Origin: Octopus sinensis
Taxonomy: Eukaryota
Reading direction: 5' to 3'
Length of the DNA stretch: 64,000 bases
Assembly: GCF_006345805.1 (NCBI RefSeq)
Contig: NC_043021.1
Coordinates: forward strand, 4,836,001 to 4,900,000
Shown in pieces: positions 25,517 to 36,298 of the stretch (positions within the stretch are counted from its first letter, which is position 1; each line of letters opens with the position of its first letter). Both the position numbers and the translations under genes were made by a program. The notes beneath the pieces are model-generated. The model did not search any database, had not been told where the DNA came from, and saw nothing but the letters and a program-made list of their open reading frames with translations.

Positions 25517-25626
25517 GTTACGCCATATTACTCATGGCTATTGGAAGCTGGTCACTGAATTTACACGGAAGGAAGCTGTGAAAGAGATAAAACATCTACA
25601 GAGAATAACCACAGATTTAGGCCGAG
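25517..25626 (+). CDS. PLEKHM2: PLEKHM2 exon 3, RUN domain
   Basis: ccttag|G...G|gtaagt. LRHITHGYWKLVTEFTRKEAVKEIKHLQRITTDLGR resembles SKIP GYWVLVVHFTRREAIKQIEVLQHVATNLGR. Phase 2-1. Confidence 0.95.
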
Positions 25627-27093
25627 GTAAGTGCTCAACCTAATAAAGGTAGCTGGATACTAAATAAGTTAGGTTTTGGTGTATAACTTCCTCTCTGGGT
25701 GGGATTAACTTTCCAGAGAAAGGGTGTAATGTCTTTAACTCTCTTTACTCTTTTTTTTACTCTTTTTACTTGTTTTAGTCATTTGACTGTGGCCATGCTG
25801 GAGCACCGCCTTTAGTCGAGCAAATCAACCCCGGGACTTATTCTTTGTAAGCCCAGTACTTATTCCATCGGTCTCTTTTGCCGAACCGCTAAGTGACGGG
25901 GACGTAAACACACCTGCATCGGTTGTCAGGCAATGCTAGGGGGACAAACATACACACACATATATATATACATATACATATATATGACGAGCTTCTTTCA
26001 GTTTCCATCTACCAAATCCACTCACAAGGCATTGGTCAGCCCAAGGCTTTGGTAGAAGACACTTGCCCAAGGTGCCACGCAGTGGGACTGAACCTGGGAC
26101 CATGTGGTTGGTTAGCAAGCTACTTACCACACAGCCACTTTAACAAAAATTATTCTGTAAAAGATGTTTTCTAAAAACTGCTTTATGCCTATTTTCCTAT
26201 GGGCGAGAGGATTTATTATAAGTTCATAACGTAATTGTTTTATTCCTTTGTCATTTCAAATTTCTGTTTCAGTTTTAATTATGGAGGGATTTAATGAGAT
26301 AATTACCTTTATCATTATTAAAGCCTTTGATTACTCTCTTATGTTTTGCTCAAAACATTTGGCTTATTGTTGTTCAAAACAAATATCAATAGCATTGACC
26401 TCACAGGTCTTAGAGAACTTGTAATGATCAGCTCCTTCTTCCTGTCCTTAAAGGCCTGTACTGACCAAGGACACGGTCCCTTACTTCAGTCTAAGAGAGC
26501 CTGTGAAGGATATGGGCACAACCCTTTTCTTCAGACCTAATCAGAAAAGCAGAAGGGAAAAAGCCCATGTTTAGAACATAACTGAACAGGTTTTTATGAG
26601 GAACGATTTTAACCCTTTTGTTACCAACCTGGCCAAAACCGGCTCTGGCTCTGTAGTACAAATGTCTTGTTTTCATAAGTTTTTCATTAAAATATACCAC
26701 CAAACCTTAGTCGCAAGTTATGTTCCTAACACTAGCTTAATGATAATTAAATTATTTTACTAAATTCTTTGTTATATTTAAAATAACTGAAAGAAACACA
26801 GAGCATCTCAAAATAAATACAGTAATGAAAGGGTTAATATGAACATTTTAAATCAAAAAGATTTTATGTGAAAGAAGAAGAAATAGTCTCATGCAATTTT
26901 GTACCAAGAGAGTTAAAAATCTAAGTTTCAAATTTGAGAAATGCTTCTTTTCAGTTTTTTTTTTACTCAAATAGGTCAGGTTTTTTTTTAGATTTATGTT
27001 CTCTGTATTATTAAAAGGGATTTAAGGAAGTTAATTTCTTTAAACCCTATGGATTTCTAATGTGTTACTAAAATTCCTATTTGTTTTATACAG

Positions 27094-27218
27094 GTCGTGC
27101 CTGGCTATTCCTTGCATTAAATGAGAATTTATTGGAAAGTTACATGAGATGTTTCTTAGAAAATACTAGTGTTGTCAAGAAATACTATGTACGGGAAGCT
27201 TTGGTACTTGATCAACAG
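27094..27218 (+). CDS. PLEKHM2: PLEKHM2 exon 4, RUN domain
   Basis: atacag|GT...CAG|gtaggt. RAWLFLALNENLLESYMRCFLENTSVVKKYYVREALVLDQQ contains the RUN core RAWLxLALNE. Phase 1-0. Confidence 0.95.
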
Positions 27219-27872
27219 GTAGGTACCTTAAGTGTTGATTTTGTATATGATTAGTATATGAATACCTTGCTAGTACTTTAAGTGTTGAATTTGTATATGA
27301 TTAGTATATTAGTATATGCTAGTACTTTAAGTGTTGAATTTGTATATGATTAGTATATTAGTATATGCTAGTAGTTTAAGTGTTGAATTTGTGTATGATT
27401 AGTATATTAGTATATGCTAGTACATTAAGTGTTGAATTTGTGTATGATTAGTATTTAGTATATGCTAGTACTTTAAGTGTTGAATTTGTGTATGATTAGT
27501 ATTAGTATATGCTAGTACTTTAAGTGTTGAATTTGTATATGATTAGTATATTAGTATATGCTAGTACTTTAAGTGTTGAATTTGTGTATGATTAGTATAT
27601 TAGTACATGCTGGTACTTTAAGTATTGAATTTGTATATGATTAGTATATTAGTATATGCTAGTACTTTAAGTGTTGAATTTGTGTATGATTAGTATATTA
27701 GTATATTAGTATATGCTAGTACTTTAAGTGTTGAATTTGTATATGATTAGTATAATAGTATATGCTGGTACTTTAAGTGTTGAATTTGTATATGATTAGT
27801 ATATTAGTATATGCTGGTACTTTAAGTGTTGAATTTGTATATGATTAGTATATGAATACCTTGCTGGTACTT
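27219..27872. repeat. 49-bp minisatellite, about 13 copies, at the start of PLEKHM2 intron 4
   Basis: Unit tagtactttaagtgttgaatttgtatatgattagtatattagtatatgc. Confidence 0.96.
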
Positions 27873-28043
27873 TGTCAACAGATAGTTAACTGGTGCTGCT
27901 TTGGTACTTAATCATCAGTAACTTGAGCTGACTTACATTTTGTCATGGTTACCTCAAAGCATGGCTAAATTAGTTCTCCACCCCCTTCTGCTTTTTCTCC
28001 TTATCAGTAACTGTTATCTGTTTTCATCTTTCTGTCATTGTAG

Positions 28044-28106
28044 AGAATGAATGTTCTGGTTACTTTAACATCTGGTCTGGATTTTGCATCATTTCAACTG
28101 GAATAT
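28044..28106 (+). CDS. PLEKHM2: PLEKHM2 exon 5, RUN domain end
   Basis: ttgtag|AGA...TAT|gtaagt. RMNVLVTLTSGLDFASFQLEY resembles LTLVSGLEFIRFELDL. Phase 0-0. Confidence 0.93.
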
Positions 28107-28176
28107 GTAAGTAAAAACACCAATCTCCTTTCATCTACACTTTGTATATGCACATACGGACATGTAAATGTGTGTG

Positions 28177-28212
<36 letters not shown>

Positions 28213-28429
28213 CCCCCCCCCTCTCTCTCTCTCCTAGTTTGTTGATGTAGTTGAAGAATTGTCACGTGCCAGTATGGGTGACATAATACAGGTAGAATGT
28301 ATTTCACATATTATATAGTAATATTTCAGCAATGAACTTTAGGTACAATGTCAATGAAGCAATTATTATACAATAAAACATGTTGCTCACTCCATTCTCT
28401 TTGTTAATACTTATGTATATATATATATA

Positions 28430-28510
28430 TATATTATATAGAGGGCATTATTACACATAAATGCCTCAGTGTGAGGCATTTATGTGTAATAATGCCCTCT
28501 ATATAATATA
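28430..28510. other. Perfect 39-bp-stem hairpin with 3-nt loop (gtg)
   Basis: 28430-28468 is the exact reverse complement of 28472-28510, checked base by base. Confidence 0.95.
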
Positions 28511-28874
28511 AATTAATATGTTCAAAAGAAAAAAATTATTTTTGAATTTTTCTCTTATGAGGTTTTTCACGCTAACTACCTGATAATTTCTTGTTAAGAT
28601 TCCTTATTAAGAAGTTATCCTTAATTGTTATATATATATTAATAAATACAAGATGGGACATAGTTGAAATTTATAGAAAAACAAAAGACGAAAACAGGTG
28701 TATGAACAACAAGCAAGTGTATTAGTTTGATGCTCGGGAAAATAGAAAAAAAGTCTTTTACATTTCGAGTCTACGTTCTTCAACAGAAAGGAATAAGAGA
28801 AAATAAACAGACTATGTATATATATGTTTATACATACATATATATGCAAATACATGCATGCATGCATGCATGCA

Positions 28875-28910
<36 letters not shown>

Positions 28911-29289
28911 TACATATGCACATGTGTATGCATATATGCATGTATTTATGGGTGTGTGTGTTGCATATATATTTGTATGTATATGTATGCGTGAATGTAT
29001 GTGTGTGTATGTATGTGTGTATGTGTGTGTGTGTGTGTATGTATCCTCCCTCATGATATCTTGACCACCAACTAACACTCCTTTTTTCACTTTCTTACAC
29101 TGTTTTTCACTTTCTCTTGTTTTCATTTTCTCTTCCCCTTTCTTTCCTTCTTCTTTTCTCACATTTTCCTTTGATCTCTCTATGTTAACATACACATCTC
29201 TTCTCCCCTCTCTATCCACTTATTACTACCAATTCATTCTCAAATTTTCATTGACACCACAAGACCCCTTTGAATGAACAGCACATAGA

Positions 29290-29935
29290 ATCTATGTTTC
29301 CACACTCTCCATTTGTGATGACAAAATATGAACTCCTATTAGAATTTACATACCACAGACAGGAAGCATTTCTACCACTTCTACATCTCCCTTACCTTTT
29401 GTCCTTCCACACACTTTGTCACATGCCTTTAGTATCCCTTCATTAAAAGACTTCCACAAATCCAGTGCATCAATGCTTCCCAACTCCCCAACTTTCTTCT
29501 CAAACTTCGCTCTTGTTTCTTCTTCCTTCAGTTTCCTCACCTTTCTCTTCTCAACTGCTTCTTTTCTCACACTCTTTTAAACTTTCTTCTTATCCAAGTC
29601 AGCAACCACCAACCTGTGCTGCAATTTCTTTGATGTTGTCTTCACATCTCTCAGATACTTTCTGTTTTCCATGCCAGCCAGTATGAAATCAATCTCTGTC
29701 GCACTACCTCCTGCACTGAAAGTCACCTTCCCTTTTCTCTGTTTTCCTAAACCACATGTTCACCACACACAACTCTTTCTTATTGCAAAACTCCATGTTT
29801 CTTCTCCCAATTCCATTTCCCCATGCACACCCTCAAAGCCCTGGATCCATTTCCCAACATGTCCATTAAAATCACTCATACCCAAAACCAGTTCATCTAT
29901 CTTATGTGAGGCCAACTCACTTGCCATTTCATCAA
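29290..29935 (-). mobile_element. Decayed RTE-like LINE fragment
   Basis: Minus ORF RKVRKLKEEETRAKFEKKV...WKSFNEGILKACDKVCGRTKG is similar to the 21604 linker. Confidence 0.6.
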
Positions 29936-30144
29936 AGAACTAGCATGGAACACAGATGTTAAATGATGATGATGAATTCATATCCTGATCGGTCGAGTCT
30001 GCTAAGTTAACCAGATATGCTTATTTCTCTGTAATTTCTAGCATTGATCCTGTGTGAAAAGCCAACAATTAACTTGATTTTTCTTTTTCAATTACATATT
30101 ATAAACTCATCATTTTCTTTCCTTCTCGTTTTTTCTGTCTGTAG

Positions 30145-30279
30145 GACCTTCCATATTTGGATTTGAATGCCTCGCCTCCTAAAAGTAAACCACAGTCTGA
30201 TGCAGCTTCAGCAGAAGATGAAGACAAAGTGTCACTTTGCAGTATGGAAAGCTTTGCCTCCAGGAACAGCCTCTCTGCT
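30145..30279 (+). CDS. PLEKHM2: PLEKHM2 exon 6
   Basis: ctgtag|GAC...GCT|gtaagt. DLPYLDLNASPPKSKPQSDAASAEDEDKVSLCSMESFASRNSLSA begins like SKIP DAPYLDL. Phase 0-0. Confidence 0.9.
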
Positions 30280-30399
30280 GTAAGTAACCCTCACGACCAC
30301 CATCATCACCACACCACCATCATCACCACACCACCACATAAATCAGATAGCCAATGCTGTAAGCATATTCTGTGAGAGAGCTGATAATATTTCTGCACT

Positions 30400-31190
30400 A
30401 TGAACTTGGTATGACAAAGGTTTCTGCTCAGTGGGTCCCACGTCTTCTGACACCTGATCACCAGGTTGATCGCATTATGGGAAAATGTGACATTGTTTGA
30501 GGCAGACCCAACTGGTTTCCTTGAATATTTCCCAACTCAGGATGAGTGTTGGCTTCATCACTTTGAGAGAGATGTAAAGAGACAATCCATGCAATGGGAA
30601 CATCCCTCCTCACCTGCTGAAAAGAAGGCCAAGGTAATTTCATTTGCTGAAAAAGTTGATGGCCTCAGTCTTTTGAGATGCAGAAGGTATTGTGTTTATT
30701 GACCATCTTCAAAAGTGCCATACCATCAATGAGGAGTACTGTGCCAACTTGCTGAGGCAGTTACGAAAGACTATTGTGACCAAACATCCTGGAAAACTAA
30801 TGAAATGGGTCTTGTTTCAATAGGACAATACTCCAGCACATAAGTCCTTCATTTGAATAGCTGCTGTGGATGACTGTGGCTTTGAACTGGTTGATCCCCC
30901 CTCCCAGTTCTCCTGATTTGGCATCATCTGATTATCATTTGCTCCCCAACATGAAAAAAACACTCGACTGGGAACCAATATCACAGTGTTGATGACATCA
31001 TATCTGCTGTTGCTGACTTTTTTGATCAACAGCATGATGGCTTCTTCAATAAGGATGCGAGCACTGCAACTACAATGGAAGAAAAGTGTGTGAACTGCAA
31101 GGGGGACTGTGTTGAAAAATTAACCCCATTTGGTCCCATTCCATGAGAGTATCTCGGTCAACCTAAGAACTTTTTAAGCCAATCCACATA
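30400..31190 (+). mobile_element. Mariner transposase remnant
   Basis: WVPRLL-like, DECWLHH, KRQSMQW, DNTPAHK and SPDLASSD motifs, with frameshifts. Confidence 0.88.
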
Positions 31191-31648
31191 GGTGTAAGTT
31201 ATCAAAGTGAGGATTGATAAACCCTGTAGTTTCATAGCACAGAGTTCTTAATGATATAAGATAGATCCATAATCTTAGTAAAAAAAAAAGAGATTGAAAA
31301 GATGAGGGGGGGGGGAAAGCATAGAAAACAAAAGGCTAAAATGTTATCAGACTCAGTTGTAATCTGAAATTTCCCTGCACTACCTATTTCTTTATTACCC
31401 ACAAGGGGCTAAACTTAGAGGGGACAAACAAGGACAGACATAGGTATTAAGTCGATTACATCGACCCCAGTGCGTAACTGGTACTTAATTTATCGACCCC
31501 GAAAGGATGAACGGCAAAGTCAACCTCGGCGGAATTTGAACTCACAACGTAACGGCAGACGAAATACCGCTAAGCATTTCGCCCGGTGTGCTAACGTTTC
31601 TGCCAGCTCGCCGCCTTCCCTGCACTACCACAACTATTCTGTTAGCAT

Positions 31649-31684
<36 letters not shown>

Positions 31685-33627
31685 TCTTTTACTCTTTTAC
31701 GTAAGTGTACATGTTTGACAAAGTGCTAGTGTTCTGAGAGAGAAGTTAGGCATAAGAGGAATTTGTTGCTGTGTGCAAGAGAGAGAAGACTGTGCTGGTT
31801 AGGCCATGTGATGTGGATGGATGCTGGCAGCTCCATGAAGACGTACTGATTTCACCATTGTTGAAGTCTTGAATAACATGGAACCACCGAAGTTGTTTCA
31901 TGTCTTGACTCTAATTTCTGAGTTTGATAGATTATTCCTTGACAACTTTTAAAAAGTTACTTTACTGTTTATTTCTTTTTATAGGTTACACCTTAGCTTA
32001 AAATTCTCCTCATAAGCTGATACCTAACAGGGATATCGTATATGGAACCCCTGTATATATTTACCCCAGTCTAATTGTTTTGAAGTTTCATCTAGGCCAA
32101 ACCATTTAACTCAGGTAAACAGGGATTTTTCAATGTCACATAACCTGTTTCCTCATTCTTTATACGATTGTTTCAGTTTGGCCTCAGTTTCTAAATCCTT
32201 TCTCCTTGCTTTACTATTGCTGCTCAGTTTCTGATAATGGCTTGTCAGTGGCGTTCAGTGAATAACTTTATCACCCGGTCCTTGTGCTTTGCAGTGCTTC
32301 GTGCCCCTCATCTAACTGTACTGTTTTTGTTTGTTTAGTTTAAAAATTTTTTCTTTCATATAAAGTGAAATATGACTCATATTTATTATAAGATATCCCA
32401 TGACTGTTTCATATAAAGGTCCTATAAGAAGGAGAATATATATTTCTTTACTACCCATGAGGGGCTAAACACAGAGGGGACAAACAAGGACAGACAAATG
32501 GATTAAGTCGATTACATCGACCCCAGTGCGTAACTGGTACTTAATTTATCGTCCCCGAAAGGATGAAAGGCAAAGTCGACCTCGGTGGAATTTGAACTCG
32601 GAACGTAATGGCAGATGAAATATCTATTTCTTTACTGCCCACAAGGGGCTAAACACAGAGGGGACAAACAAGGACAGATTTAGTCAATTACATCGACCCC
32701 AGTGCATAACTGGTACTTAATTTATCGACCCCGAAAGGATGAAAGGCAAAGTCGACCTCGGCGGAATTTGAACTCAGAACGTAACGGCAGACAAAATACG
32801 GCTACGCATTTCGCCCGGCGTGCTAACGTTTCTGCCAGCTCGCCGCCTTGAAGAAGGAGAATATAGTAGATGCATTGGTCTGGAACCTGGTGAGCCAAGG
32901 TGGTGCTCAAGAATATTTGATGAGCTCTCTCTTAAAATGCGCACGTGTGTGCACTCACACACTCACACACAGATATATACACACAAATTTTGAACTCCTC
33001 CTCCACTCCATAGGCTTTACAAAATTCCTCTTGGGGGTCTCTGTTCTTATAAGATACTCCATGCCTGTTTTTTTATAAGATACTCTAGTATAGCTTATTA
33101 GGAGATAATCCTTAGTTTTGTATAAGATAATTCATATTCATTTTCTTTCTATAAGTTATCTCCATAACCAAGTTTTTTTACTAACAATTTCATTTTACAC
33201 AAGTTTTTGAATAATTCCATTGATGAAATTTCTGCATGAATAGTTTTGATTTTTGATTTGTATATATGTGAAGCACATCTGCTCATTCCATTATTACAAT
33301 CTAATATATACTCCCAGTTGTTGCTCTATGCTAGTTTAAAATAAAAGCACCATCCGTTCGTGTCCGTTGCCAGCCTCGCCTGGCCCCCGTGCCGGTGGCA
33401 CATAAAAAGCACCATCCGTTCGTGGCCGTTTGCCAGCTCTGTCTGGCACCTGTGCCGGTGGCACATAAAAAGCACCCACTACACTCACGGAGTGGTTGGC
33501 GTTAGGAAGGGCGCATCCAGCCGTAGAAACACTGCCATATCAGACTAGGCCTGATGAAGCCTTCCGGCTTCACAGACCCCCAGTCGAACCGTCCAACCCA
33601 TGCTAGCATGGAAAACGGACGCTAAAC

Positions 33628-33658
<31 letters not shown>

Positions 33659-33840
33659 GAAATTGAGAATTATGGAAATATCATTTTCAGAGCTATTGTA
33701 TTAACAAAAAAAGGAAATTGGAAGGTCTTTGATGTTATTTATTCACCATTACATGGGTTTCATTTTCATATTATTTAAGTTGGTCGGTAGGTAGGTGGGT
33801 AGGTGTGTGGGTGGGTATGTAGGTAGATAGGTAGGTAGGT

Positions 33841-34243
33841 AGTACTTACTTGTACTTGTAGCGACATTCACCCTGGGGGCGGGTTGAGTCGGCTTCTTCC
33901 ACCACCCTCGGGGCATCTCATTCGCCATTGAGAATTCATGGAAGAATTGTGGATTTCACAAGAGGTCCCCAACAATCCCGCATTTAGAGACATCCTGTTT
34001 GCCGCAGATTGTCCGCAGACGCAGGGACAGAACAACCGAGGAGCCGCCGGTTGCCGAAACAGACACTCTGAGGATTTTCACCAGAGCCCCGTCTGCCGGG
34101 TTGTGGCCCTAATACCACTCGGTGTCAGGCCAATCCGCCTTGGGTGGCCCTACCAGGAACTGAAGTTCCCGACGGCATAGCTCTGACACTACTCGTTGCC
34201 AGCGTCCCCACCACGGTGAGGAGGGGATGGACTTTGGGGACAC
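33841..34243 (-). mobile_element. 403-bp GC-rich non-autonomous retroelement (probably RTE-derived) with 14-bp TSD and (aagtac)-like tail
   Basis: TSD ataggtaggtaggt at 33827-33840 and 34244-34257. The minus-strand 3' end is ctacaagtacaagtaagtact. No long ORF. Confidence 0.75.
34174..34243 (-). ncRNA. Candidate HDV/CPEB3-like ribozyme fold at the element's 5' end
   Basis: Manual fold: P1 GUCCCCA/UGGGGAC; P3 CCCC/GUGG with one mismatch; L3 UCCUCACC; P4 CUGGCA/UGUCAG; J4/2 AGCUA; weak 3-bp P2. Confidence 0.45.
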
Positions 34244-34599
34244 ATAGGTAGGTAGGTTGGTTGGTTGGTTGGTTGAGAGATAGATTGATTGATTTGTTGA
34301 TTGATTGCTGCTTCAGTACAGTCTCCATGTAGATTTTTACATCTCAAGAAGGAAATGTTTCAGGAAAATATACAATTTCATCATACAATTTTCAAAATAA
34401 CCATGGAATTTCCATGGGTAATGCTAGTATTATATAAAAAGAAATAACAAATGGTGTTTAAAATTTACTGCAGCTGTTTTGGTATAATTTTATTGATATG
34501 TTCATAGATTACATCATAGCGTAAATCCACCATCCTTGGGTAAAATTTTAAACATGTATAAGCATTGATGAGGCATCTAGATTCTAATCAATCCTGTTA

Positions 34600-34743
34600 C
34601 TAATCTATAATATATATATAATAATTATTTGAGGGAATATTATTCCTAATTTACTGGGAAAAATTCAATTTAGAAATACTAAATCAAATTTCACAAAATA
34701 TAATATATATATATATAAATTAGATGGTGTAATTTAATTGTTC

Positions 34744-34776
<33 letters not shown>

Positions 34777-34905
34777 TCATTTGAGGGAATATCATTCCTA
34801 ACTTACAGGGAAAAAATCAATTTAGAAATACTAAACCAATTTTCACAAAATATTATATATATATAAAAATTAGATGGTGTAATTTAATTGTTCATTATAT
34901 ATATA
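34600..34905. repeat. Tandem duplication of a ~150-bp AT-rich unit
   Basis: tttgagggaatat...ttagatggtgtaatttaattgttcattatat occurs twice. Confidence 0.85.
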
Positions 34906-34947
34906 TGTGTATATATATATATATGTGTGTGTGTATATATATATGTA

Positions 34948-34981
<34 letters not shown>

Positions 34982-35060
34982 CATACATACATACACACAC
35001 ACATGTTTAGTTATTGTTTCATCATCCTCTCTTTCTTTCTCTCTTTCTCTTTCTTTGCAG

Positions 35061-36298
35061 ATTTCCAGTTCAATGATTGAGTCAACCGTCACCGCCACTG
35101 ATAGTGACTGCGGCAGTGTTAACAGTGACAACGGTAGTCTGAACAACAGCTTTCACCTGCCAAAACTCTATCACGTCGGCTCACTAGATTCAGGTTATTA
35201 TTGTGGAGTTGACAGCAGTACGTCTCATCGGCAGAGTAGAGGGAGTCTGACCATGTCTGACAGTATGTCTCTTTCGAGTATTAGCTCAAACACAGAAGAC
35301 TGCCGATTCCGACGCATTGAGAATGTGTTGCCAAATAGCCATGTAGACGGGGAGAACAACCTTGAGGTGATCCATGTGAAGTCGAAGGTGTTGAAGCGGA
35401 AGAAACGGGAACAGCCACGCATGAAGAAGGACGCCATCGGTAAGAATCACTTAGCGAACACTGATAACGCCACTTTGGTGAAAACAAATGCAACAACAAC
35501 AAACAGAACGAGAGCAGCAACAATAACAGCAGCAACATCACTAAGAACAACACCAAGAAACATAAGTGTAATTACAACAAAACCAACTCCAGTATCTAAA
35601 AGTAATCCGATGCTCAGTGTGCCTGAGAAAGACACCCTTTCAAACTCTTACTCAAAAGCAGTGAAGAACAATAAGGTTCTTCAAAAGAAAGCCGTTGTCA
35701 ACAATCAAAAGAAGTCAGAGAAACAGAACGATGTGATTTTGGACAATAAGACATCGTGTGAGGAAAAGAAGGGGGATCAGTTAATTAGCTCCGTCATCTT
35801 AAATGGCAAACCTGTTGATATTGTAGATAAAAAAGAGGAGATATTAACTGACTCGTCTCCGTCAGAAACTGTTATCAGTGATCAGTTACCGAAAGACGGT
35901 GACGAGGATACTAAAGAGAACAAAGACAGTTCTGAAGCAGAAGAGGTGGAGGAGAGTGAGGGTTCGACTGAGGGCTGTGTCGATGTGGCTGAAGTGACCT
36001 CCTTGGGTGGTTACAATGCTGACTGCTCTTCTTCGTGTGAAGACAAGACGAGGGCTTCATCTTGTGACCTGATTGTCACAAACAGCGCACAGAAGCCCTC
36101 TGTCGAAGATGAAGAGGAGGACATTTATTGTAAGACTGATTCTGCCGACAGACACTCTAGCTCAGTGCCATGTCGCAAACAGGTGTTCAGTGATATATTC
36201 CCGGTTGACGAAGATGTCCATCTTCGTAAGATGTATCCCAGACATGATGCTGATAGCTTGCAGGATAACACTCTACAGCCTGACCCTGGACAAGTCAT
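35061..36298 (+). CDS. PLEKHM2: PLEKHM2 exon 7, large low-complexity linker exon
   Basis: ctttgcag|ATT...AT|gtaagt. 1238 nt, open frame within ORF 34905-36302, Ser/Glu/Lys-rich. Phase 0-2 fits both neighbouring exons. Confidence 0.88.

Noticed and set aside
28755-28795. Hammerhead-like motif on minus (CUGUUGAA GAAC GUAG ACUC GAAA) in a probable Penelope-type terminal repeat
   Set aside because: The core deviates from CUGANGA and stem II is broken, so it is not supportable as a ribozyme.
33915-33950. AUGGCGAAUGAGA on minus, resembling HDV J4/2-P2
   Set aside because: I could not find the upstream L3, P3, P1.1 GG or a matching P2 strand.
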